In this document: positions 39,746-51,561 of the stretch, in pieces
Numbering within the stretch: position 1 is the first letter of the stretch
How the letters are laid out: each line of letters opens with the position of its first letter
Assembly (NCBI GenBank): GCA_002633005.1
Contig: NMRA01000441.1
Location: 186,001-250,000 of the forward strand
Direction: 5' to 3'
DNA: 64,000 nucleotides
Source of the DNA: Phoronis australis
Lineage: Eukaryota; Animalia; Phoronida
Made by a program: the position numbers and the translations under genes
The notes under the pieces: generated by a model
Told to the model about the DNA's origin: nothing
Database searches by the model: none
Seen by the model: only the letters and a program-made list of their open reading frames with translations

Positions 39746-40806
39746 AGGATGAACTTAAGGTACATTAAACTTTCAATCTCTTGAATCTGGAAAGAAAGTT
39801 ATTTCTCAAATTTAATAACAACCAATCATGGTCACACTATAAATACAATATAGGTTTCCGTTCGATTAGATCTACAGTTTGCACCGATACATTACTGCTA
39901 CACCTCAAACAGTTTCCAGTAAGACTTTTTTTAATACAATTTTCTTTTTCTCAGAAATGTAAGGTCCCTAACTTCAAAGTCCAATATCAAAAAAATGAGT
40001 TTACATAGGTGTTACAAATCCAACACCAGATACCAATTTCTAGACATCTTGTAATGGTTACAAGTGGGACCACTACATCCAATTAGTCTCACCAATCAGT
40101 GACCAGCTCATCGACTTGGGACACACGACCTGTGCCTCAGTCGGACCGTCACTTGGCCTTGGTAAAAAGCTGTACAAAAATATATGTTTTTTGACGTCAG
40201 TCTTCATATCTTTACCTGGGTGGCTGTCTCTCCGTCACTCATAGACAGTACCACCATCCCAACTGGCGCTATTAGAGACAGGAGAGATTCCATAGGCCCT
40301 CCATATGCCAGAAGCTTTTCAGCGAATTATGCTTCACAGTGATTAAACCATCAAAATCATGTTTCTATAAGTACCTTTTGTGCAGTACACCTTACGAGCG
40401 GCCATTGTCATTGATGTAATTCAACTCTTCCGTATTGTCACAGTTAAATACATCATCCTAAGCTTAAATTGTTCCTATGTGCAAAAAATAGCAACATGAC
40501 TTTAATAGTTTAGTTAGTGTAATGCATAATGTGTCGAAAATCCGGTTTATTGAGAGTCTATGATATGAGTGCACCATCTCTACTGGGGTAGTTGAGACGG
40601 TGGTACTGTCCAAGTCATTCACTGACTCTCTCAGACTCCCTCAGTGAATTGTCGAAACAAATTCAACAAAATGGACAGTTACTAAGTTCAAAACGGTGAA
40701 ACAGGACCTGATGTGGATGAAATATAGTTTCTATACTGAAGAGCAAAACATAGGGGAGCTTTGGACCATAATATACGGTGATATTGCAAACGAATATAAA
40801 AATTAC

Positions 40807-41003
40807 CCCGTTTGTTTAAAACACTTCACTTCCTGAATGAGTAAATCTTCAAGATGGATGCTTGACCTTTGACGTCAAAGAGTGACCCTTCTGTCGCTCT
40901 CACACGTTAGAGGTGAATTTACACACAGCCACTGAAATTATGAATTTGCTCTGTTTGATCTGATTGAAAGCTATTTGGTGATTTATTAACTAACTGTGCT
41001 GCG
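40807..41003. promoter_or_regulatory. Putative bidirectional promoter of presenilin and SPRTN, with a full CRE
   Basis: Minus-strand donor GGG|GTAATT at 40806 (likely presenilin 5' UTR exon), TGACGTCA at 40870-40877, SPRTN ATG at 41004. A second TGACGTCA lies at 40192-40199. Confidence 0.6.
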
Positions 41004-41281
41004 ATGGTCGATGTATTGAGTGACGAAATCCTTGCTCGAGAACTTCAGAGACAATTCAACGATGAAGCAGCCAGCGAATTCGACAACTTGACCTCACCAG
41101 CTTTGGAAACCAAACCAGCTCCCCAAGCCTCAACAAGTTATCCCAAATCTCTGGTTGACAACAAGTGGGAGTTACTTGACCCCTGTCCAGATGCCAGGGC
41201 CCTGTTCTTGCAATTTAATGACCAGTACTTTTGGGGCAAGCTATCAGGATGTGAAGTAAAGTGGAGTCCTCGGATGACATT
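41004..41281 (+). CDS. SPRTN: SPRTN (Spartan / DVC1) exon 1
   Basis: MVDVLSDEILARELQRQF...SLVDNKWELLDPCPDARALFLQFNDQYFWGKLSGCEVKWSPRMT(L)|gtaatt. N-terminus of the SprT domain. Confidence 0.95.
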
Positions 41282-41875
41282 GTAATTTTTCTTTGAAGCC
41301 GATACTATAGATGGGCTTGTCTGAAATCAAATTTTTATTTTTTAAGGTTTTGTAGAAATAATATGTCCAAATTTGGCTTACTTTTAAAACATCATATCTT
41401 AGAAATGAATGATTGCATTCATATGTGAAACTTTCACATACTATGCTTTATACACTGTTCTACTAAACTGTTAGGGATTGCTTTCAAATTGTTCTATTTT
41501 TAAGCGAGGGCTATCAGATACTTTCAAAACTAGGACTTAAATGAAAAAAATGCACAAAACAAAAACAAAGGTGATATTTTGGAAAACTGTCAAACTGTAT
41601 TTGAGATTTCATCTTGAAGTTTACGTCAAATGAAATATATGGTCGTGTTTTGTTATATGGATGTACCTTCCTTGTTTTGCTAAATCTTATTAAAAGGACG
41701 TTTTCGTGTGACCCAGGGATCTCTGTTACCCATTCCCTAAACAAAAGAAATGTAAATTTTGGCATTTGTGTGGTCCGTTATTTGTGCTATGCCATTCTCA
41801 ACCTGTATGGATCATTCAGAGTTAGATTGGGAAGCGATCGCAACGGCTAAGGTGATGTAAATTGTCTTCCAATAG

Positions 41876-41984
41876 GTGTGCTGGCGTATGCAGCTATGAA
41901 GGGTATGGTGGGTTGTGTTCTATAAGACTGAGTGTCCCATTATTGAAGCTCAGACCAAGGAAAGATTTAGTTGAAACACTGCTG
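41876..41984 (+). CDS. SPRTN: SPRTN exon 2
   Basis: aatag|CAGVCSYEGYGGLCSIRLSVPLLKLRPRKDLVETLL|gtaagt. Confidence 0.93.
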
Positions 41985-42646
41985 GTAAGTTCTAAATATA
42001 CGAAAGTCTGTTGACAGGTTCACAGAGTTGTATACTTACTTTATGATCTTCACGTGGAAACATTTTGTTGTCTCTTACGTCATAAAATTACGCAAGGCTA
42101 TTGGCGGCTTCATCCAGGTTTAAATTTAGCACAAGCTATGAAGTAATATCACCCTTGTTTTCCCAATTTCTTTGAAGCCCATTTTAAACACGAAAAAATC
42201 TAACATCTTCAAGTGTCAAAAGGTTGAAGCAGCTGAGGGATTTGGTTGTTTTCAGTGTTTTTAGTAAGAATCAATTTCAGATTCTTAGGTAGTTGCTAAA
42301 CTGGCTATTTTGGTTGAACATTGTTTGAATAATTCTGTCTTGGCATCTCGTATTCGGGAGACAAATTTATTATGTTAAAATCATGTGCAATTAAAGTCTG
42401 CACTAGATTGATGTTTTATGTTACAATAATAGATTGAGTTGTTTGAGGTTTCTGGCTTGTGTTATGCATAGTAAAACCTCTGAACAGCACCTAGTGGAGA
42501 CTGTCTATTGCTTTTTATTCAAGTTTCAAAAAGGCATCCTAAGAAGTGTCAGCATCCCTTTTATATCATTCAGCAAGTTCATCGTTGTGATCTTGTTACG
42601 TTTTGCATTATTGATTCTAAAACATGGTGTTCTTCTTTCCTCCCAG

Positions 42647-42691
42647 CATGAGATGATCCACGCGTATCTGTTTGTGACGCAAAATAACAGG
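42647..42691 (+). CDS. SPRTN: SPRTN exon 3 (HExxH metalloprotease motif)
   Basis: tcccag|HEMIHAYLFVTQNNR|gtaagt. Confidence 0.93.
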
Positions 42692-43779
42692 GTAAGTGCG
42701 TCAGCTTTTAATGATCTGCCTCACACTGTTGAAGTTCACTTAAAGGGACGTTGTCATTTCTGCGTCCAGAAAGTAATATCGGGATTATCGTTGAGTGGCA
42801 TACATTTATTGAAATTATTAACTTTGACTAGAGCTATAAAACAACCAAACCTGCTGTCATTTTGGCAAATTGCCAATTCTCGCTGTTGTCTGTCAAACAT
42901 TTGTTGAAGTCGAGGCCAGTGTTTACTGTTTAAATACTCTCAAAGTACTCTGCTATTTAACACAAGGGAATTTATTCAACTGGAGAGCATTTGGCTGCTA
43001 CTGCTGAGCTGATGGGTTCAATTTCACACTTACTACAGAACCTAACTGTAATTTTCTGTAAAATTACTTTTCTGGCCAAGAATGTCCCTTTCACAATAGG
43101 TCATCAGTAACCGTCATTAGGTGACCTTGGCTGTTGTTTATGAACTTGTCATCTAATGGCCATCTCATTTAATTCGTGACTATATGAATTAACAGTTTAT
43201 TACAAACTCCCAGTAGTGTTTCCTTGCACAGTAGATCTCTGTGTGATGAAGGGAAAATGACTGTAGAAGCACTTGGCACAAGTACTTTACTAATAATGAC
43301 ATCCTCGCTGTCACCACTTCTGTCCACATGGACACTTGTTCTGGAACTAGTTGGTCTGGTGCAAGTTGTACCTTGTTGTGGTCATTTGTGCCTGACCATC
43401 TTCAGGTAACTTGGTCTGGGGCCCATCTGGGTACAAGTTATTCCAAGTTTGTATTGCAGAAAAATCTCACCAATTTCACTCAAAAACAATTGCCAAATTG
43501 TTCTTTGTTCATTTGTCAAGGCTTTTAAGGCTTAAAAGTGAATGCCCATGAATTTCAAAGTATTTTGTGCTGGTAGCTGTGGTCCAGACCTTGACCATGG
43601 AAATGCATTAATTTAGTGCTATATATCNGTTACCCATTCCCTAAACAAAAGAAATGTAAATTTTGGCATTTGTGTGGTCCGTTATTTGTGCTATGCCATT
43701 CTCAACCTGTATGGATCATTCAGAGTTAGATTGGGAAGCGATCGCAACGGCTAAGGTGATGTAAATTGTCTTCCAATAG

Positions 43780-43888
43780 GTGTGCTGGCGTATGCAGCTA
43801 TGAAGGGTATGGTGGGTTGTGTTCTATAAGACTGAGTGTCCCATTATTGAAGCTCAGACCAAGGAAAGATTTAGTTGAAACACTGCTG
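43780..43888 (+). CDS. SPRTN: SPRTN exon 2, duplicate copy
   Basis: Same sequence as 41876-41984 with intact splice sites, inside the duplicated block. Confidence 0.65.
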
Positions 43889-44583
43889 GTAAGTTCTAAA
43901 TATACGAAAGTCTGTTGACAGGTTCACAGAGTTGTATACTTACTTTATGATCTTCACGTGGAAACATTTTGTTGTCTCTTACGTCATAAAATTACGCAAG
44001 GCTATTGACGGCTTCATCCAGGTTTAAATTTAGCACAAGCTATGAAGTAATATCACCCTTGTTTTCCCAATTTCTTTGAAGCCCATTTTAAACCCCAAAA
44101 AAATCTAACACCTTCAAGTGTCAAAAGGTTGAAGCAGCTGAGGGATTTGGTTGTTTTCAGTGTTTTTAATAAGAATCAATTTCAGATTCTTAGGTAGTTG
44201 CTAAACTGGCTATTTTGGTTGAACATTGTTGTGAATAATTCTGGCTTGGCATCTCGTATTCGGGAGATATTATTTTTGACTTCTCAACTTTCATTTGACA
44301 AATTTATTATGTTAAAATCATGTGCAATTAAAGTCTGCACTAGATTGATGTTTTATCTTACAATAATAGATTGAGTTGTTTGAGGTTTCTGGCTTGTGTT
44401 ATACATAGTAAAACCTCTGAACAGCACCTAGTGGAGACTGTCTAATACTTTTTATTCAAGTTTCAAAAAGGCATCCTAAGAAGTGTCAGCATCCCTTTTA
44501 TATCATTCAGCAAGTTCATGGTTGTGATCTTGTTACATTTTGCATTATTGATTCTAAAACATGGTGTTCTTCTTTCCTCCCAG

Positions 44584-44628
44584 CATGAGATGATCCACGC
44601 GTATCTGTTTGTGACGCAAAATAACAGG
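44584..44628 (+). CDS. SPRTN: SPRTN exon 3, duplicate copy
   Basis: Same sequence as 42647-42691 (HEMIH), inside the duplicated block. Confidence 0.65.
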
Positions 44629-45720
44629 GTAAGTGCATCAGCTTTTAATGATCTGCCTCACACTGTTGAAGTTCACTTAAAGGGACGTTGTCATTTTTGC
44701 GTCCAGAAAGTAATATCGGGATTATCGTTGAGTGGCATACATTTATTGAAATTATTAACTTTGGCTAGAGCTATAAAACAACCAAACCTGCTGTCATTTT
44801 GGCAAATTGCCAATTCTCGCTGTTGTCTGTCAAACATTTGTTGAAGTCGAGGCCAGTGTTTACTGTTTAAATACTCTAAAAGTACTCTGCTATTTAACAC
44901 AAGGGAATTTATTCAACAGGAGAGCATTTGGCTGCTACTGCTGAGCTGATGGGTTCAATTTCACACTCACTACAGAACCTAACTGTAATTTTCTGTAAAA
45001 TTACTTTTCTGGCCAAGAATGTCCCTTTCACAATAGGGCATCAGTAACCGTCATTAGGTGACCTTAAGTGTTGTCTATGAACTTGTCTTCTAATGGCCGT
45101 CTCATTTAATTCATGACTATATGAATTAACAGTTTATTACAAACTCCCAGTAGTGTTTCCTTGTTGCGAGCACAGTAGATCTCTGTGTGATGAAGGGAAA
45201 GTGACTGTAGAAACTACTTGGCACAAGTACTTTACTATTAATGACATCCTTGCTCTCACCACTTCTGTCCACATGAACACTTGTTCTGGAACTAGTTGAT
45301 CTGGTGCAAGTTGTACCTTGTTTTGGTCATTTGTGCCTGACCATCTTCAGGTAACTTGGTCTGGGGCCCATCTGGGTACAAGTTATTCCAAGTTTGTATT
45401 GCAGAAAAATCTCACCAATTTCACACAAAAACAATTGCCAAATTGTTCTTTGTTCATTTGTCAAGGCTTTTTAGGCTTAAAAGTGAATGCCCATGAATTT
45501 CAAAGTATTGTGTGCTGGTAGCTGTGGTCCAGACCTTGAACATGGAAATGCATTAATTTAGTGCTATATATCTTTCTATGGAAAAATGAGAATATAAAGT
45601 TTCCCTTGTCTGCCACATGGTGTCCTAAATTGGCGAGATAGTTACAGTATGTTGACATTGTTTTTATATGTTGTTCGTATCCTATTCATGTGAAGTTGGA
45701 TTCTTTTCTCCATTACAGTG

Positions 45721-45803
45721 CAGGGCCCTCGCTCACCTGAGGGGAAAGGTGTCCCCTCGTAGGGGAATGAATCTGACAATCGACCCCAGAATCGAGGGCG
45801 CTG
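45721..45803. mobile_element. Very short MITE
   Basis: Terminal IR CAGGGCCCTCG ... CGAGGGCGCTG. Confidence 0.45.
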
Positions 45804-45919
45804 TAGTATCATTTAAGCTTACCAGAATTGGCTGTTTTTGGTTGACTAGTTGTACGTAATACTCATATCTTCTGTATGGAATATCTGAAGTGACTATGAT
45901 GCGTTTTCCTTGTTTGCAG

Positions 45920-45994
45920 GACAGAGATGGCCATGGACCTGAATTTCAGAAACACATGCACCGCATAAACAAGGAAACAGGAACCAACATCACA
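45920..45994 (+). CDS. SPRTN: SPRTN exon 4
   Basis: tttgcag|DRDGHGPEFQKHMHRINKETGTNIT|gtaagg. Contains the third Zn ligand motif HGPEF. Confidence 0.95.
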
Positions 45995-46702
45995 GTAAGG
46001 GGAAACTGAGATTTTGAATCACACTTGAATAAATACAGCGTAAAATAAAAGTAATCCAACAAAATGACGTTCCCCGTCATGACGGTTAATTCTGTTAACA
46101 GCAAAAATGGCTGGTAATACCTATTATGGGGACAAAAGTCTAATTGCAGAATGGCTTAGTTGCCTTATGAGCTTCCCTGTTAATTCTCCTCCATTCTCAG
46201 TCATCGGGGGAGACTACTCTGACGGTGAACCTCACTTCCACCCAGCTGTCATGATGGGGAATTCTGGGTCATTCTTCTGAATATTTTTTACTTGTATTGT
46301 GTGGTTTGTGTTCCAAAATTTCGTCAAAACTGTAATTTTTTATCTCTATCAGATGACATAAAAATCGATGATGTAGTTTCATTGAAGTTGAAATATTAGT
46401 TGGTAGAGCAAATACTACTCTGCATCACCGCAAAAAACGTTTAGAGCATTTAGGAGTCAATATAGGCAGCTGTAAATGATTGGCTTGGACAGCCCTTCCA
46501 AAATGTGAGTGTCCCAATTTAGCTGTAGGTTGTGTTTCAAATGAATGTTGAAACTGGTGCTTAGAAATTTTAAAGTATAGTTTCTTTGGCTTCATCTGCA
46601 AAATTGCTTGATTTCAAGTTTAAACAGTTAGGAGGATGTGCAGAACTAAATATGAAATATGAATTCTTAAAAATTAACATAAAATGTAAATTTCAACTTC
46701 AG

Positions 46703-46943
46703 ATCTATCACGATTTTCACGATGAGGTTGACAACTACCGTCAACATTGGTGGCGCTGCGATGGACCATGCCAGAAGTGGAAGCCGTACTACGGCTTCGT
46801 GAAGCGTGCCATGAACCGTGCCCCGTCATACAGAGACCCCTGGTGGGCACAGCACAAGGAAAGGTGTGGCGGAACCTACCATAAAATTAAGGAACCAGAA
46901 GGTTACGGGAAAAGGACAGGAAATAAAGAAAAACCTGTTAAAG
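46703..46943 (+). CDS. SPRTN: SPRTN exon 5 (zinc-binding subdomain)
   Basis: IYHDFHDEVDNYRQHWWRCDGPCQKWKPYYGFVKRAMNRAPSYRDPWWAQHKERCGGTYHKIKEPE...; phase-1 donor G|gttggc. Confidence 0.93.
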
Positions 46944-48026
46944 GTTGGCAGAGGTGTTGTTGTATTAGAAAAATAAATTCGATAAAATTAATGAGCACGT
47001 TTTTTGCGACACAAACCGGGTCTGCTGATTCTTGGTACAAATGTTCAATGGACATTTTTTTAAAAGAATACATCCCTTAATACTTGAGCCGATATTTCAG
47101 TCATATGTAACATTTATGAAAGAATGCTTAAAAGTTATTGATTGCTAAATAGAAATATTTCTGAAGGTTTCCTGTTCCAATCTGTAGTGCTGGTTGTTGT
47201 CTATTGTGATTAAAATTAGCGAGTCTGGGCATCAAAGATCTTGTGGTTTGGGCAGTCCTTTCCCACAACTGTCAGTTGTATATCTGGTCCTGCCACCTGG
47301 TGGTGCACCATATGTTCATCTCTTAAAAGTATACTTCCACTTCTTCATTGTGTCATTAGGTGGATCTTATGGTTCCAGATGGGCAGTCCCCACAGCTGTC
47401 AGTTAGATAACTCGCCCAAAGCCCGAGTCACAGGAGTGCCCCAAACTTTTAATGGTTGACAACAGTTACAAAGTACTGTTTTGCTCTGTTGTTTTAAAGT
47501 TTCTGTAAACCCATAATATTTAGACCTGCACTTATCATTAAAAACCACTCTCAAATTGTTCTGTACTCAAATTAGAAATTATTTCTGTACTTGGGTAAAA
47601 ACGAAGTTCGTTGTTGCTTGAAGCCATGCCTGGCCCATCTTATCTTGTCTTGTCTTATCTTATCTTGTCTGTTCTCATCTTATCTTGTCTAGCCTGTAAC
47701 AGTCGGTTCTGTCCAAGCCCACAAATCACTTCCAGTCTGAGAAAGGAATAATTTTTGACCAATTTTATAGCAGTAAGTGGTCTTAAAACAAAAAAATTAC
47801 AACAGTCTCGAGGGGTTTAAAGTACCTTTAACTGACTGAGTCATAGCTGAAATCCTTAATATGTTAAAACAGGGTTTACTGAACTTTCAAGTGAAAATCA
47901 TGCTAATGGTCTTGCAAAGTTTTGCTTGAATTTTACAGCTGACTTACGGTTGTCCCTTTATGTAGAACAAGCGTGCAATGAAAGGTCTATCATGCATAAT
48001 TGTGCGATCAACCTTTTATGTTGCAG

Positions 48027-48955
48027 AAAAACCTAAACACGCTGGTGTTGACATACGCACACTCTTTGGAGGTAAAGGCTTTGTACTGGGTGGTAGTAAG
48101 ACAAAATCAGAAGTTGTTGACAATCCAGCAAGACTGTCATCAGAAAAAGATAAAGTCACCCGGCCAACAGCACCCTGCTCTAACTCCAACTGTGAAACAC
48201 CAGTCAACCAATGGAATGGTTCTGGCCAAAATTTGCCCCAAAAGTCATCTGCATTTGATTCATCGATGTCCAGTAGTTCGGAGACAGATGAAAATGATGT
48301 GAGCTGGTGTGAAGAAGACTTGGACGGATTTGATTGGTCAATTTTTGATGGTGATCTTGAACCGGAACCAAATATGGAGTCATCGAACACTACTGATAGT
48401 ACTGAGCGGAGGACAGCGGTCATTTCTGAATCTAGTGCAAAACTAGACAGGGATGCACTAGCAGACTCAAGTCAAAATAAGCGACAAAAAACTTCTGAAA
48501 AAGGATACACAAGCAAGGGTAGTGGGAGTGCAATATCAGTGAATACATCGGAAGGGAGTGGGTTTAAAAGTAAATCAAAACTTCCTTTTGGGAAAGTGAG
48601 TACAGCTGTTGGCAGTAAGACTAACAAGAAAGAAGTGAAAAGCAAGGATATTGGAAAGATGTTCCAGAAAGTTCCATCTACTGACATTTCTGCGAATGGA
48701 TCAAAACGTATTAAACACACTGGGATCAGTGACGGAGTTGAGCAAAGAAACAATGTTTCAGACAAAAGCAGACAGTCATTTAGCAATGTGAGACAGACAG
48801 TCGTCACTGATGTTGTTGATTTAACGGGTGATACTGTAGTGGTATCTGCTGGTTCCTCAGCGACATCTGGTGGGGAGGCGACGGTTTTGTGCCCTGTGTG
48901 TTCTGGGGTCGTGTGGCAGTCTAAAATAAATGCACATCTTGATCTTTGTTTATAA
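48027..48955 (+). CDS. SPRTN: SPRTN last exon (SHP box, disordered tail, SIM-like motif, UBZ4)
   Basis: ttgcag| in phase 1. FGGKGFVLGG (p97-binding SHP box), VVDLTGD (SIM-like), C-terminal CPVC-x11-HLDLCL (UBZ4). Spliced CDS is 1677 nt (558 aa). Confidence 0.92.
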
Positions 48956-50375
48956 AAGTCTATTTAGTGGTTTGTCTTGTAGTAGAAAAGGATAAACAGT
49001 GTAAAAATGAAAACTTTTGTTTTTTTGTGTCCAAAACCATTAAACTTTATTGTCTTGTCACCAAAGTGCTAATATGTCATGATAACACTGTAATTAACAT
49101 CATTTTTCCATAACACCCTACTTATTTCTCTGATAATGGTGGAACTGAAAATCACAATTACCACAAGATGGTGAATAAATTGTAGAAGCTTATCATTATA
49201 TGTCATAATTAACCGTTAATTCATGTGACTTGCTAGGTTTCAAGCATCCCAGGGTGATTTTGCACCCCTGAAGTGCTCGAGGGATCAAGAAAATGAAACC
49301 CATCACTTGCTACATTTTATGTCAAAATCTGTCAGAAACAAAAAAAATATTTAACTTACAAATTAGAGATAAGATGTGCCTTTTTGTGATTGAAATGATT
49401 TTTGAACGTGCTGAAGGGATAGGTTGAGATGTTTGTCAATTAGGCAGGTAATTTTCATGGCATTGCAAAATAATTGCCGGGTTTGGAGTATTTTCTGAAA
49501 TGTTTGTGTGTATGACACATCACCAACCCAAATATTGGTGTACAGTTTTGGTCATTGGCTAACTTTTGTCTGATCTTAATCCTCCCCTTGTAAGACACTA
49601 TTTGAGTCCAGATGAATAGATGGTCAGACTTTTGTAAGGAGTTAAAAGTAGGATGTCTTAAAACAGTGAGTTTGCCTCGGTTGACTGATTAGTGTCATTG
49701 AAATGCAAATTTAGACATAATTTTGGTTTGTTTCGCTACTTGTTCATTATTCACCATTTCAAAATTAATTAAATAAAGAAATAAACTCATTAAATCGAAA
49801 GACCTGTTTCATGTGTCTTTCTACAGTTGGAAAAAACAACTGGAACACAGTTCAGAATCATCTCTGACCGATTGTGTCCACTGAGATGTTTTGGGCTTAA
49901 ACCAGGGTTAAAACTGACTTGATTCTCATGGTGCACACCTGGGATTGTATCCTCGTCTTTCACACAAATATCGCATTGCTTTTCTCGTAGTCAAACTACT
50001 ACATTCCGTAACTTTGAGATGCTTGTTTCATGACAAAACTAGCAATGTGGTTCAACAGACTTTTAAGCTCGACTGGCAATATTTTTTTTTGACATTAAAG
50101 TGCCCATGATACCCCATTTGTGACAATTTTACTCTAACGTTTCGTAACAAAGAACGCGTCTTGGTGTGTCAGATATTGTTTGTTTAACCCCTTCTATTCG
50201 AGTTGACTGCCTGCTGTCATGAAACATTTCTTACGTCAGGGACCATTATTTTTTCAGTTACACGATCTATAGCGACCCCCTTTCGCGTTGTTTTTGTTTC
50301 ACTTCTGACAATTTATTTGCTTAATGGAGAGCACGAACTCGGGGAAATTATTTGCTCTGACGATTTTCCGGAGAG

Positions 50376-50615
50376 CATGCGCACACCCAGGGGGGGGGGG
50401 CACAATGACACCCACATTTGGCGAAGTGGGCAAAAACGTCCGCCTCAGAGAAACTAAAAGTCCGAAAGAGTAGAGAACGAGAAGAAAGTCCACTAAAAGC
50501 CAGGAATTTTGCGAATGCACAATTCATAGCCCTGAACGTACCTCGTTTTTCAGTAAAAGGTCCACATTCTCAAAAATTCGAGCAACCCTATTATTTAGGC
50601 TGGGTGCGCAGCATG
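50376..50615 (+). mobile_element. MITE with CATG...CATG termini and 5-bp TSD (GAGAG)
   Basis: TIR CATGCGCACACCCAG / CTGGGTGCGCAGCATG, flanked by gagag on both sides. Homologous to 60718-60979. Confidence 0.8.
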
Positions 50616-51242
50616 GAGAGTTGTACTATTGTCGTCCATTATTGATGGGTAAAAAAACAACTGAAACCTTGGTCACTGTCCCATTCTTCCATGATTACGT
50701 ACATGATGTACATGTACGTAATCATGTAGCTGTTCCTCCGCCTAGCGTTTAGACAGAGAAACCGCCATTTCCGATCAGAATTTTGATGTGACCTTCAAAT
50801 ATAGAATTTTAACGAACCCTTGGCAAATTTTCCATTCGGTCCGGTAAACCTCATGGATGTCAGGGCAACGTTTATGAGTATATGGATATTAGGCCTACAT
50901 TTAAGTTTTCTAGAAATTATTGATCAGAATTTAGTTCGCAACAAAAAAAATCCACAAAACCATGAAAAACCAGGGTTTTCTGACGGATAAATGACTTAAC
51001 GTTATTCATTCAAAATATAAAAACTTTCGTACCAATTTTTACAAAAATGAAATTTGGTAATTGTATGTCCAAATGTGTGCGTATCCTTAGTCCAACCGGT
51101 GAGCCATGCGAAGCAGACGTACATGTACTGAACAGACAAACACAGTATAAATGAAAATAAAAATTCTTTTGTTTCTCTGATATCCATACATTAATCGATA
51201 CTGCCATGGCAATCATAACTGCTTAATCTCAAGATCGCGTAT

Positions 51243-51561
51243 GCGTGAACTTGGAATTGAACATATATTTGGGCAATCAGGTGAAATTTTTTGTTCAGTG
51301 TAAAGACTTTTGTAATTATTGGCCTTATTAAACACTCACTTCCTCCTTTACTGTAACTTGTGTCAAAGAATCGGAGGAATTTGTGATTGCTTAAAACAAT
51401 TATTGTCTGATGAATAAGATTGCCAATAGCTTAAAAAAGATTAGTTGAATTTTACGTTATTTTAATGACATAATTTGGTTTAGTGCAGTGCAAATTTTTA
51501 ACCACGTGAACGTGATTATTTGAGTGAACTTGTCAAGTTTCCCCAGATTCCAAGTTCACGC
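51243..51561. mobile_element. Probable MITE bounded by a 15-bp perfect inverted repeat
   Basis: gcgtgaacttggaat (51243) and attccaagttcacgc (51547-51561). Confidence 0.5.

Larger units (their letters stand above)
41725..45572. repeat. Tandem duplication of about 1.9 kb across a single N (probable allelic overlap), duplicating SPRTN exons 2-3
   Basis: 41725-43627 is repeated at 43629-45572 with intronic SNPs and indels (e.g. an ~30-bp insertion near 44268). The junction is the N at 43628. Confidence 0.92.

Noticed and set aside
42434-42907. 157-aa ORF (and 44518-44844) as separate genes
   Set aside because: Intronic read-through around the 45-nt SPRTN HEMIH exon.
48016-48807. Minus-strand ORFs of 135 and 111 aa
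   Set aside because: Antisense shadows of the SPRTN last exon.
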